From Auanema rhodensis (Eukaryota > Animalia > Nematoda): a stretch of DNA of 64,000 nucleotides. The stretch lies in the NCBI GenBank assembly GCA_964057225.1, contig OZ059899.1:17422001-17486000 (forward strand), in the 5' to 3' direction. A program made the translations under genes and the position numbers. Below are positions 25,001 through 40,000 of the stretch, piece after piece. The notes under the pieces were generated by a model, which was not told the DNA's origin, did no database searches, and saw only the letters and a program-made list of their open reading frames with translations. How positions within the stretch are numbered: the first letter of the stretch is position 1; each line of letters begins with the position of its first letter.

Positions 25001-28000
25001 CTAGCGCAAATCTGATAACACAGATCGACGCAGCTTAAAAATCCGCATCGAATGCACTATACAACATTGAGAAACGCTTAATACAAAAATTAGTTATGAT
25101 CGTTTGAAAAATGATGCATTAGTGTATGTTGAGTTTCCATGTACACTCAACATTGCTTCCAAAAACATTTTGACAAAAATTTTTCCGAAAAATTTCAAAA
25201 TAATTTCGCGAAAAGTAGATGTTTTTAGATTCCTTTTTTCAAGGCAAAGACGATGGACAATGTTATTCAACGAAAAAATTATTTCTGCAGGGTGAAAATC
25301 GAGGATATAAGTGTGAACTTATATCAGTTGAAATCTCGGTGCATTTTTAAGCTAGCGCAAATCTGATAACACAGATCGACGCAGCTTAAAAATCCGCATC
25401 GAATGCACTATACTGCATTGAGAAACGCTTAATACAAAAGTTAGTTATGATCGTTTGAAAAATGATGCATTAGTGTATGTTGAGTTTCCATGTACACTCA
25501 ACATTGCTTCCAAAAACATTTTGACAAAAATTTTTCCGAAAAATTTTAAAATAATTTCGCAAAAAGTAGATGTTTTTAGATTCCTTTTTTCAAGGCAAAG
25601 ACGATGGACAATGTTATTCAACGAAAAAATTATTTCTGCAGGGTGAAAATCGAGGATATAAGTGTGAACTTATATCAGTTGAAATCTCGGTGCATTTTTA
25701 AGCTAGCGCAAATCTGATAACACAGATCGACGCAGCTCAAAAATCCGCATCGAATGCACTATACAACATTGAGAAACGCTTAATACAAAAATTAGTTATG
25801 ATCGTTTGAAAAATGATGCATTAGTGTATGTTGAGTTTCCATGTACACTCAACATTGCTTCCAAAAACATTTTGACAAAAATTTTTCCGAAAAATTTCAA
25901 AATAATTTCGCGAAAAGTAGATGTTTTTAGATTCCTTTTTTCAAGGCAAAGACGATGGACAATGTTATTCAACGAAAAAATTATTTCTGCAGGGTGAAAA
26001 TCGAGGATATAAGTGTGAACTTATATCAGTTGAAATCTCGGTGCATTTTTAAGCTAGCGCAAATCTGATAACACAGATCGACGCAGCTTAAAAATCCGCA
26101 TCGAATGCACTATACAACATTGAGAAACGCTTAATACAAAAATTAGTTATGATCGTTTGAAAAATGATGCATTAGTGTATGTTGAGTTTCCATGTACACT
26201 CAACATTGCTTCCAAAAACATTTTGACAAAAATTTTTCCGAAAAATTTCAAAATAATTTCGCGAAAAGTAGATGTTTTTAGATTTCTTTTTTCAAGGCAA
26301 AGACGATGGACAATGTTATTCAACGAAAAAATTATTTCTGCAGGGTGAAAATCGAGGATATAAGTGTGAACTTATATCAGTTGATATCTCGGTGCATTTT
26401 TAAGCTAGCGCAAATCTGATAACACAGATCGACGCAGCTTAAAAATCCGCATCGAATGCACTATACAACATTGAGAAACGCTTAATACAAAAATTAGTTA
26501 TGATCGTTTGAAAAATGATGCATTAGTGTATGTTGAGTTTCCATGTACACTCAACATTGCTTCCAAAAACATTTTGACAAAAATTTTTCCGAAAAATTTC
26601 AAAATAATTTCGCGAAAAGTAGATGTTTTTAGATTCCTTTTTTCAAGGCAAAGACGATGGACAATGTTATTCAACGAAAAAATTATTTCTGCAGGGTGAA
26701 AATCGAGGATATAAGTGTGAACTTATATCAGTTGAAATCTCGGTGCATTTTCAAGCTAGCGCAAATCTGATAATACAGATCGACGCAGCTTAAAAATCCG
26801 CATCGAATGCACTATACTGCATTGAGAAACGCTTAATACAAAAGTTAGTTATGATCGTTTGAAAAATGATGCATTAGTGTATGTTGAGTTTCCATGTACA
26901 CTCAACATTGCTTCCAAAAACATTTTGACAAAAATTTTTCCGAAAAATTTTAAAATAATTTCGCAAAAAGTAGATGTTTTTAGATTTCTTTTTTCAAGGC
27001 AAAGACGATGGACAATGTTATTCAACGAAAAAATTATTTCTGCAGGGTGAAAATCGAGGATATAAGTGTGAACTTATATCAGTTGATATCTCGGTGCATT
27101 TTTAAGCTAGCGCAAATCTGATAACACAGATCGACGCAGCTTAAAAATCCGCATCGAATGCACTATACAACATTGAGAAACGCTTAATACAAAAATTAGT
27201 TATGATCGTTTGAAAAATGATGCATTAGTGTATGTTGAGTTTCCATGTACACTCAACATTGCTTCCAAAAACATTTTGACAAAAATTTTTCCGAAAAATT
27301 TCAAAATAATTTCGCGAAAAGTAGATGTTTTTAGATTCCTTTTTTCAAGGCAAAGACGATGGACAATGTTATTCAACGAAAAAATTATTTCTGCAGGGTG
27401 AAAATCGAGGATATAAGTGTGAACTTATATCAGTTGATATCTCGGTGCATTTTTAAGCTAGCGCAAATCTGATAACACAGATCGACGCAGCTTAAAAATC
27501 CGCATCGAATGCACTATACAACATTGAGAAACGCTTAATACAAAAATTAGTTATGATCGTTTGAAAAATGATGCATTAGTGTATGTTGAGTTTCCATGTA
27601 CACTCAACATTGCTTCCAAAAACATTTTGACAAAAATTTTTCCGAAAAATTTTAAAATAATTTCGCAAAAAGTAGATGTTTTTAGATTTCTTTTTTCAAG
27701 GCAAAGACGATGGACAATGTTATTCAACGAAAAAATTATTTCTGCAGGGTGAAAATCGAGGATATAAGTGTGAACTTATATCAGTTGATATCTCGGTGCA
27801 TTTTTAAGCTAGCGCAAATCTGATAACACAGATCGACGCAGCTTAAAAATCCGCATCGAATGCACTATACAACATTGAGAAACGCTTAATACAAAAATTA
27901 GTTATGATCGTTTGAAAAATGATGCATTAGTGTATGTTGAGTTTCCATGTACACTCAACATTGCTTCCAAAAACATTTTGACAAAAATTTTTCCGAAAAA

Positions 28001-31000
28001 TTTCAAAATAATTTCGCAAAAAGTAGATGTTTTTAGATTCCTTTTTTCAAGGCAAAGACGATGGACAATGTTATTCAACGAAAAAATTATTTCTGCAGGG
28101 TGAAAATCGAGGATATAAGTGTGAACTTATATCAGTTGAAATCTCGGTGCATTTTTAAGCTAGCGCAAATCTGATAATACAGATCGACGCAGCTTAAAAA
28201 TCCGCATCGAATGCACTATACTACATTGAGAAACGCTTGATACAAAAATTAGGTATGATCGTTTGAAAAATGATGCATTAGTGTATGTTGAGTTTCCATG
28301 TACACTCAACATTGCTTCCAAAAACATTTTGACAAAAATTTTTCCGAAAAATTTCGCAAAAAGTAGATGTTTTTAGATTTCTTTTTTCAAGGCAAAGACG
28401 ATGGACAATGTTATTCAACGAAAAAATTATTTCTGCAGGGTGAAAATCGAGGATATAAGTGTGAACTTATATCAGTTGATATCTCGGTGCATTTTTAAGC
28501 TAGCGCAAATCTGATAACACAGATCGACGCAGCTTGAAAATCCGCATCAAATGCACTATACAACATTGAGAAACGCTTAATACAAAAATTAGTTATGATC
28601 GTTTGAAAAATGATGCATTAGTGTATGTTGAGTTTCCATGTACACTCAACATTGCTTCCAAAAACATTTTGACAAAAATTTTTCCGAAAAATTTCGGAAA
28701 AATTTCGCAAAAAGTAGATGTTTTTAGATTCCTTTTTTCAAGGCAAAGACGATGGACAATGTTATTCAACGAAAAAATTATTTCTGCAGGGTGAAAATCG
28801 AGGATATAAGTGTGAACTTATATCAGTTGAAATCTCGGTGCATTTTTAAGCTAGCGCAAATCTGATAAGACAGATCGACGCAGCTTAAAAATCCGCATCG
28901 AATGCACTATACTGCATTGAGAAACGCTTAATACAAAAGTTAGTTATGATCGTTTGAAAAATGATGCATTAGTGTATGTTGAGTTTCCATGTACACTCAA
29001 CATTGCTTCCAAAAACATTTTGACAAAAATTTTTCCGAAAAATTTTAAAATAATTTCGCAAAAAGTAGATGTTTTTAGATTCCTTTTTTCAAGGCAAAGA
29101 CGATGGACAATGTTATTCAACGAAAAAATTATTTCTGCAGGGTGAAAATCGAGGATATAAGTGTGAACTTATATCAGTTGAAATCTCGGTGCATTTTTAA
29201 GCTAGCGCAAATCTGATAACACAGATCGACGCAGCTTAAAAATCCGCATCGAATGCACTATACAACATTGAGAAACGCTTAATACAAAAATTAGTTATGA
29301 TCGTTTGAAAAATGATGCATTAGTGTATGTTGAGTTTCCATGTACACTCAACATTGCTTCCAAAAACATTTTGACAAAAATTTTTCCGAAAAATTTCAAA
29401 ATAATTTCGCGAAAAGTAGATGTTTTTAGATTCCTTTTTTCAAGGCAAAGACGATGGACAATGTTATTCAACGAAAAAATTATTTCTGCAGGGTGAAAAT
29501 CGAGGATATAAGTGTGAACTTATATCAGTTGAAATCTCGGTGCATTTTTAAGCTAGCGCAAATCTGATAATACAGATCGACGCAGCTTAAAAATCCGCAT
29601 CGAATGCACTATACTGCATTGAGAAACGCTTAATACAAAAGTTAGTTATGATCGTTTGAAAAATGATGCATTAGTGTATGTTGAGTTTCCATGTACACTC
29701 AACATTGCTTCCAAAAACATTTTGACAAAAATTTTTCCGAAAAATTTTAAAATAATTTCGCAAAAAGTAGATGTTTTTAGATTTCTTTTTTCAAGGCAAA
29801 GACGATGGACAATGTTATTCAACGAAAAAATTATTTCTGCAGGGTGAAAATCGAGGATATAAGTGTGAACTTATATCAGTTGATATCTCGGTGCATTTTT
29901 AAGCTAGCGCAAATCTGATAACACAGATCGACGCAGCTTAAAAATCCGCATCGAATGCACTATACAACATTGAGAAACGCTTAATACAAAAATTAGTTAT
30001 GATCGTTTGAAAAATGATGCATTAGTGTATGTTGAGTTTCCATGTACACTCAACATTGCTTCCAAAAACATTTTGACAAAAATTTTTCCGAAAAATTTCA
30101 AAATAATTTCGCGAAAAGTAGATGTTTTTAGATTCCTTTTTTCAAGGCAAAGACGATGGACAATGTTATTCAACGAAAAAATTATTTCTGCAGGGTGAAA
30201 ATCGAGGATATAAGTGTGAACTTATATCAGTTGAAATCTCGGTGCATTTTTAAGCTAGCGCAAATCTGATAACACAGATCGACGCAGCTTAAAAATCCGC
30301 ATCGAATGCACTATACTGCATTGAGAAACGCTTAATACAAAAGTTAGTTATGATCGTTTGAAAAATGATGCATTAGTGTATGTTGAGTTTCCATGTACAC
30401 TCAACATTGCTTCCAAAAACATTTTGACAAAAATTTTTCCGAAAAATTTTAAAATAATTTCGCAAAAAGTAGATGTTTTTAGATTCCTTTTTTCAAGGCA
30501 AAGACGATGGACAATGTTATTCAACGAAAAAATTATTTCTGCAGGGTGAAAATCGAGGATATAAGTGTGAACTTATATCAGTTGAAATCTCGGTGCATTT
30601 TTAAGCTAGCGCAAATCTGATAACACAGATCGACGCAGCTTAAAAATCCGCATCGAATGCACTATACAACATTGAGAAACGCTTAATACAAAAATTAGTT
30701 ATGATCGTTTGAAAAATGATGCATTAGTGTATGTTGAGTTTCCATGTACACTCAACATTGCTTCCAAAAACATTTTGACAAAAATTTTTCCGAAAAATTT
30801 CAAAATAATTTCGCGAAAAGTAGATGTTTTTAGATTCCTTTTTTCAAGGCAAAGACGATGGACAATGTTATTCAACGAAAAAATTATTTCTGCAGGGTGA
30901 AAATCGAGGATATAAGTGTGAACTTATATCAGTTGAAATCTCGGTGCATTTTTAAGCTAGCGCAAATCTGATAATACAGATCGACGCAGCTTAAAAATCC

Positions 31001-34000
31001 GCATCGAATGCACTATACTGCATTGAGAAACGCTTAATACAAAAGTTAGTTATGATCGTTTGAAAAATGATGCATTAGTGTATGTTGAGTTTCCATGTAC
31101 ACTCAACATTGCTTCCAAAAACATTTTGACAAAAATTTTTCCGAAAAATTTTAAAATAATTTCGCAAAAAGTAGATGTTTTTAGATTTCTTTTTTCAAGG
31201 CAAAGACGATGGACAATGTTATTCAACGAAAAAATTATTTCTGCAGGGTGAAAATCGAGGATATAAGTGTGAACTTATATCAGTTGATATCTCGGTGCAT
31301 TTTTAAGCTAGCGCAAATCTGATAACACAGATCGACGCAGCTTAAAAATCCGCATCGAATGCACTATACAACATTGAGAAACGCTTAATACAAAAATTAG
31401 TTATGATCGTTTGAAAAATGATGCATTAGTGTATGTTGAGTTTCCATGTACACTCAACATTGCTTCCAAAAACATTTTGACAAAAATTTTTCCGAAAAAT
31501 TTCAAAATAATTTCGCGAAAAGTAGATGTTTTTAGATTCCTTTTTTCAAGGCAAAGACGATGGACAATGTTATTCAACGAAAAAATTATTTCTGCAGGGT
31601 GAAAATCGAGGATATAAGTGTGAACTTATATCAGTTGATATCTCGGTGCATTTTTAAGCTAGCGCAAATCTGATAACACAGATCGACGCAGCTTAAAAAT
31701 CCGCATCGAATGCACTATACAACATTGAGAAACGCTTAATACAAAAATTAGTTATGATCGTTTGAAAAATGATGCATTAGTGTATGTTGAGTTTCCATGT
31801 ACACTCAACATTGCTTCCAAAAACATTTTGACAAAAATTTTTCCGAAAAATTTTAAAATAATTTCGCAAAAAGTAGATGTTTTTAGATTTCTTTTTTCAA
31901 GGCAAAGACGATGGACAATGTTATTCAACGAAAAAATTATTTCTGCAGGGTGAAAATCGAGGATATAAGTGTGAACTTATATCAGTTGATATCTCGGTGC
32001 ATTTTTAAGCTAGCGCAAATCTGATAACACAGATCGACGCAGCTTAAAAATCCGCATCGAATGCACTATACAACATTGAGAAACGCTTAATACAAAAATT
32101 AGTTATGATCGTTTGAAAAATGATGCATTAGTGTATGTTGAGTTTCCATGTACACTCAACATTGCTTCCAAAAACATTTTGACAAAAATTTTTCCGAAAA
32201 ATTTCAAAATAATTTCGCGAAAAGTAGATGTTTTTAGATTCCTTTTTTCAAGGCAAAGACGATGGACAATGTTATTCAACGAAAAAATTATTTCTGCAGG
32301 GTGAAAATCGAGGATATAAGTGTGAACTTATATCAGTTGAAATCTCGGTGCATTTTTAAGCTAGCGCAAATCTGATAATACAGATCGACGCAGCTTAAAA
32401 ATCCGCATCGAATGCACTATACTGCATTGAGAAACGCTTAATACAAAAGTTAGTTATGATCGTTTGAAAAATGATGCATTAGTGTATGTTGAGTTTCCAT
32501 GTACACTCAACATTGCTTCCAAAAACATTTTGACAAAAATTTTTCCGAAAAATTTTAAAATAATTTCGCAAAAAGTAGATGTTTTTAGATTTCTTTTTTC
32601 AAGGCAAAGACGATGGACAATGTTATTCAACGAAAAAATTATTTCTGCAGGGTGAAAATCGAGGATATAAGTGTGAACTTATATCAGTTGATATCTCGGT
32701 GCATTTTTAAGCTAGCGCAAATCTGATAACACAGATCGACGCAGCTTAAAAATCCGCATCGAATGCACTATACAACATTGAGAAACGCTTAATACAAAAA
32801 TTAGTTATGATCGTTTGAAAAATGATGCATTAGTGTATGTTGAGTTTCCATGTACACTCAACATTGCTTCCAAAAACATTTTGACAAAAATTTTTCCGAA
32901 AAATTTTAAAATAATTTCGCAAAAAGTAGATGTTTTTAGATTTCTTTTTTCAAGGCAAAGACGATGGACAATGTTATTCAACGAAAAAATTATTTCTGCA
33001 GGGTGAAAATCGAGGATATAAGTGTGAACTTATATCAGTTGAAATCTCGGTGCATTTTTAAGCTAGCGCAAATCTGATAACACAGATCGACGCAGCTTAA
33101 AAATCCGCATCGAATGCACTATACAACATTGAGAAACGCTTAATACAAAAATTAGTTATGATCGTTTGAAAAATGATGCATTAGTGTATGTTGAGTTTCC
33201 ATGTACACTCAACATTGCTTCCAAAAACATTTTGACAAAAATTTTTCCGAAAAATTTCAAAATAATTTCGCGAAAAGTAGATGTTTTTAGATTCCTTTTT
33301 TCAAGGCAAAGACGATGGACAATGTTATTCAACGAAAAAATTATTTCTGCAGGGTGAAAATCGAGGATATAAGTGTGAACTTATATCAGTTGAAATCTCG
33401 GTGCATTTTTAAGCTAGCGCAAATCTGATAACACAGATCGACGCAGCTTGAAAATCCGCATCGAATGCACTATACAACATTGAGAAACGCTTAATACAAA
33501 AATTAGTTATGATCGTTTGAAAAATGATGCATTAGTGTATGTTGAGTTTCCATGTACACTCAACATTGCTTCCAAAAACATTTTGACAAAAATTTTTCCG
33601 AAAAATTTCAAAATAATTTCGCGAAAAGTAGATGTTTTTAGATTCCTTTTTTCAAGGCAAAGACGATGGACAATGTTATTCAACGAAAAAATTATTTCTG
33701 CAGGGTGAAAATCGAGGATATAAGTGTGAACTTATATCAGTTGAAATCTCGGTGCATTTTTAAGCTAGCGCAAATCTGATAATACAGATCGACGCAGCTT
33801 AAAAATCCGCATCGAATGCACTATACTGCATTGAGAAACGCTTAATACAAAAGTTAGTTATGATCGTTTGAAAAATGATGCATTAGTGTATGTTGAGTTT
33901 CCATGTACACTCAACATTGCTTCCAAAAACATTTTGACAAAAATTTTTCCGAAAAATTTCAAAATAATTTCGCGAAAAGTAGATGTTTTTAGATTCCTTT

Positions 34001-37000
34001 TTTCAAGGCAAAGACGATGGACAATGTTATTCAACGAAAAAATTATTTCTGCAGGGTGAAAATCGAGGATATAAGTGTGAACTTATATCAGTTGAAATCT
34101 CGGTGCATTTTTAAGCTAGCGCAAATCTGATAATACAGATCGACGCAGCTTAAAAATCCGCATCGAATGCACTATACTGCATTGAGAAACGCTTAATACA
34201 AAAGTTAGTTATGATCGTTTGAAAAATGATGCATTAGTGTATGTTGAGTTTCCATGTACACTCAACATTGCTTCCAAAAACATTTTGACAAAAATTTTTC
34301 CGAAAAATTTTAAAATATTTTCGCAAAAAGTAGATGTTTTTAGATTTCTTTTTTCAAGGCAAAGACGATGGACAATGTTATTCAACGAAAAAATTATTTC
34401 TGCAGGGTGAAAATCGAGGATATAAGTGTGAACTTATATCAGTTGATATCTCGGTGCATTTTTAAGCTAGCGCAAATCTGATAACACAGATCGACGCAGC
34501 TTAAAAATCCGCATCGAATGCACTATACAACATTGAGAAACGCTTAATACAAAAATTAGTTATGATCGTTTGAAAAATGATGCATTAGTGTATGTTGAGT
34601 TTCCATGTACACTCAACATTGCTTCCAAAAACATTTTGACGAAAATTTTTCCGAAAAATTTCAAAATAATTTCGCGAAAAGTAGATGTTTTTAGATTCCT
34701 TTTTTCAAGGCAAAGACGATGGACAATGTTATTCAACGAAAAAATTATTTCTGCAGGGTGAAAATCGAGGATATAAGTGTGAACTTATATCAGTTGAAAT
34801 CTCGGTGCATTTTTAAGCTAGCGCAAATCTGATAACACAGATCGACGCAGCTTAAAAATCCGCATCGAATGCACTATACTGCATTGAGAAACGCTTAATA
34901 CAAAAGTTAGTTATGATCGTTTGAAAAATGATGCATTAGTGTATGTTGAGTTTCCATGTACACTCAACATTGCTTCCAAAAACATTTTGACAAAAATTTT
35001 TCCGAAAAATTTTAAAATAATTTCGCAAAAAGTAGATGTTTTTAGATTCCTTTTTTCAAGGCAAAGACGATGGACAATGTTATTCAACGAAAAAATTATT
35101 TCTGCAGGGTGAAAATCGAGGATATAAGTGTGAACTTATATCAGTTGAAATCTCGGTGCATTTTTAAGCTAGCGCAAATCTGATAACACAGATCGACGCA
35201 GCTTAAAAATCCGCATCGAATGCACTATACAACATTGAGAAACGCTTAATACAAAAATTAGTTATGATCGTTTGAAAAATGATGCATTAGTGTATGTTGA
35301 GTTTCCATGTACACTCAACATTGCTTCCAAAAACATTTTGACAAAAATTTTTCCGAAAAATTTCAAAATAATTTCGCGAAAAGTAGATGTTTTTAGATTC
35401 CTTTTTTCAAGGCAAAGACGATGGACAATGTTATTCAACGAAAAAATTATTTCTGCAGGGTGAAAATCGAGGATATAAGTGTGAACTTATATCAGATGAA
35501 ATCTCGGTGCATTTTTAAGCTAGCGCAAATCTGATAATACAGATCGACGCAGCTTAAAAATCCGCATCGAATGCACTATACTGCATTGAGAAACGCTTAA
35601 TACAAAAGTTAGTTATGATCGTTTGAAAAATGATGCATTAGTGTATGTTGAGTTTCCATGTACACTCAACATTGCTTCCAAAAACATTTTGACAAAAATT
35701 TTTCCGAAAAATTTTAAAATAATTTCGCAAAAAGTAGATGTTTTTAGATTTCTTTTTTCAAGGCAAAGACGATGGACAATGTTATTCAACGAAAAAATTA
35801 TTTCTGCAGGGTGAAAATCGAGGATATAAGTGTGAACTTATATCAGTTGATATCTCGGTGCATTTTTAAGCTAGCGCAAATCTGATAACACAGATCGACG
35901 CAGCTTAAAAATCCGCATCGAATGCACTATACAACATTGAGAAACGCTTAATACAAAAATTAGTTATGATCGTTTGAAAAATGATGCATTAGTGTATGTT
36001 GAGTTTCCATGTACACTCAACATTGCTTCCAAAAACATTTTGACAAAAATTTTTCCGAAAAATTTCAAAATAATTTCGCGAAAAGTAGATGTTTTTAGAT
36101 TCCTTTTTTCAAGGCAAAGACGATGGACAATGTTATTCAACGAAAAAATTATTTCTGCAGGGTGAAAATCGAGGATATAAGTGTGAACTTATATCAGTTG
36201 AAATCTCGGTGCATTTTTAAGCTAGCGCAAATCTGATAAGACAGATCGACGCAGCTTAAAAATCCGCATCGAATGCACTATACAACATTGAGAAACGCTT
36301 AATACAAAAGTTAGTTATGATCGTTTGAAAAATGATGCATTAGTGTATGTTGAGTTTCCATGTACACTCAACATTGCTTCCAAAAACATTTTGACAAAAA
36401 TTTTTCCGAAAAATTTTAAAATAATTTCGCAAAAAGTAGATGTTTTTAGATTCCTTTTTTCAAGGCAAAGACGATGGACAATGTTATTCAACGAAAAAAT
36501 TATTTCTGCAGGGTGAAAATCGAGGATATAAGTGTGAACTTATATCAGTTGAAATCTCGGTGCATTTTTAAGCTAGCGCAAATCTGATAACACAGATCGA
36601 CGCAGCTTAAAAATCCGCATCGAATGCACTATACAACATTGAGAAACGCTTAATACAAAAGTTAGTTATGATCGTTTGAAAAATGATGCATTAGTGTATG
36701 TTGAGTTTCCATGTACACTCAACATTGCTTCCAAAAACATTTTGACAAAAATTTTTCCGAAAAATTTTAAAATAATTTCGCAAAAAGTAGATGTTTTTAG
36801 ATTTCTTTTTTCAAGGCAAAGACGATGGACAATGTTATTCAACGAAAAAATTATTTCTGCAGGGTGAAAATCGAGGATATAAGTGTGAACTTATATCAGT
36901 TGATATCTCGGTGCATTTTTAAGCTAGCGCAAATCTGATAACACAGATCGACGCAGCTTAAAAATCCGCATCGAATGCACTATACAACATTGAGAAACGC

Positions 37001-40000
37001 TTAATACAAAAATTAGTTATGATCGTTTGAAAAATGATGCATTAGTGTATGTTGAGTTTCCATGTACACTCAACATTGCTTCCAAAAACATTTTGACAAA
37101 AATTTTTCCGAAAAATTTCAAAATAATTTCGCGAAAAGTAGATGTTTTTAGATTCCTTTTTTCAAGGCAAAGACGATGGACAATGTTATTCAACGAAAAA
37201 ATTATTTCTGCAGGGTGAAAATCGAGGATATAAGTGTGAACTTATATCAGATGAAATCTCGGTGCATTTTTAAGCTAGCGCAAATCTGATAATACAGATC
37301 GACGCAGCTTAAAAATCCGCATCGAATGCACTATACTGCATTGAGAAACGCTTAATACAAAAGTTAGTTATGATCGTTTGAAAAATGATGCATTAGTGTA
37401 TGTTGAGTTTCCATGTACACTCAACATTGCTTCCAAAAACATTTTGACAAAAATTTTTCCGAAAAATTTTAAAATAATTTCGCAAAAAGTAGATGTTTTT
37501 AGATTTCTTTTTTCAAGGCAAAGACGATGGACAATGTTATTCAACGAAAAAATTATTTCTGCAGGGTGAAAATCGAGGATATAAGTGTGAACTTATATCA
37601 GTTGATATCTCGGTGCATTTTTAAGCTAGCGCAAATCTGATAACACAGATCGACGCAGCTTAAAAATCCGCATCGAATGCACTATACAACATTGAGAAAC
37701 GCTTAATACAAAAATTAGTTATGATCGTTTGAAAAATGATGCATTAGTGTATGTTGAGTTTCCATGTACACTCAACATTGCTTCCAAAAACATTTTGACA
37801 AAAATTTTTCCGAAAAATTTCAAAATAATTTCGCGAAAAGTAGATGTTTTTAGATTCCTTTTTTCAAGGCAAAGACGATGGACAATGTTATTCAACGAAA
37901 AAATTATTTCTGCAGGGTGAAAATCGAGGATATAAGTGTGAACTTATATCAGTTGAAATCTCGGTGCATTTTTAAGCTAGCGCAAATCTGATAAGACAGA
38001 TCGACGCAGCTTAAAAATCCGCATCGAATGCACTATACAACATTGAGAAACGCTTAATACAAAAATTAGTTATGATCGTTTGAAAAATGATGCATTAGTG
38101 TATGTTGAGTTTCCATGTACACTCAACATTGCTTCCAAAAACATTTTGACAAAAATTTTTCCGAAAAATTTCAAAATAATTTCGCGAAAAGTAGATGTTT
38201 TTAGATTCCTTTTTTCAAGGCAAAGACGATGGACAATGTTATTCAACGAAAAAATTATTTCTGCAGGGTGAAAATCGAGGATATAAGTGTGAACTTATAT
38301 CAGTTGAAATCTCGGTGCATTTTTAAGCTAGCGCAAATCTGATAACACAGATCGACGCAGCTTGAAAATCCGCATCGAATGCACTATACAACATTGAGAA
38401 ACGCTTAATACAAAAATTAGTTATGATCGTTTGAAAAATGATGCATTAGTGTATGTTGAGTTTCCATGTACACTCAACATTGCTTCCAAAAACATTTTGA
38501 CAAAAATTTTTCCGAAAAATTTTAAAATAATTTCGCAAAAAGTAGATGTTTTTAGATTCCTTTTTTCAAGGCAAAGACGATGGACAATGTTATTCAACGA
38601 AAAAATTAATTCTGCAGGGTGAAAATCGAGGATATAAGTGTGAACTTATATCAGTTGATATCTCGGTGCATTTTAAAGCTAGCGCAAATCTGATAACACA
38701 GATCGACGCAGCTTAAAAATCCGCATCGAATGCACTATACTGCATTGAGAAACGCTTAATACAAAAGTTAGTTATGATCGTTTGAAAAATGATGCATTAG
38801 TGTATGTTGAGTTTCCATGTACACTCAACATTGCTTCCAAAAACATTTTGACAAAAATTTTTCCGAAAAATTTTAAAATAATTTCGCAAAAAGTAGATGT
38901 TTTTAGATTCCTTTTTTCAAGGCAAAGACGATGGACAATGTTATTCAACGAAAAAATTATTTCTGCAGGGTGAAAATCGAGGATATAAGTGTGAACTTAT
39001 ATCAGTTGAAATCTCGGTGCATTTTTAAGCTAGCGCAAATCTGATAACACAGATCGACGCAGCTTAAAAATCCGCATCGAATGCACTATACAACATTGAG
39101 AAACGCTTAATACAAAAGTTAGTTATGATCGTTTGAAAAATGATGCATTAGTGTATGTTGAGTTTCCATGTACACTCAACATTGCTTCCAAAAACATTTT
39201 GACAAAAATTTTTCCGAAAAATTTTAAAATAATTTCGCAAAAAGTAGATGTTTTTAGATTTCTTTTTTCAAGGCAAAGACGATGGACAATGTTATTCAAC
39301 GAAAAAATTATTTCTGCAGGGTGAAAATCGAGGATATAAGTGTGAACTTATATCAGTTGATATCTCGGTGCATTTTTAAGCTAGCGCAAATCTGATAACA
39401 CAGATCGACGCAGCTTAAAAATCCGCATCGAATGCACTATACAACATTGAGAAACGCTTAATACAAAAATTAGTTATGATCGTTTGAAAAATGATGCATT
39501 AGTGTATGTTGAGTTTCCATGTACACTCAACATTGCTTCCAAAAACATTTTGACAAAAATTTTTCCGAAAAATTTCAAAATAATTTCGCGAAAAGTAGAT
39601 GTTTTTAGATTCCTTTTTTCAAGGCAAAGACGATGGACAATGTTATTCAACGAAAAAATTATTTCTGCAGGGTGAAAATCGAGGATATAAGTGTGAACTT
39701 ATATCAGTTGAAATCTCGGTGCATTTTTAAGCTAGCGCAAATCTGAAAACACAGATCGACGCAGCTTAAAAATCCGCATCGAATGCACTATACTGCATTG
39801 AGAAACGCTTAATACAAAAGTTAGTTATGATCGTTTGAAAAATGATGCATTAGTGTATGTTGAGTTTCCATGTACACTCAACATTGCTTCCAAAAACATT
39901 TTGACAAAAATTTTTCCGAAAAATTTTAAAATAATTTCGCAAAAAGTAGATGTTTTTAGATTCCTTTTTTCAAGGCAAAGACGATGGACAATGTTATTCA

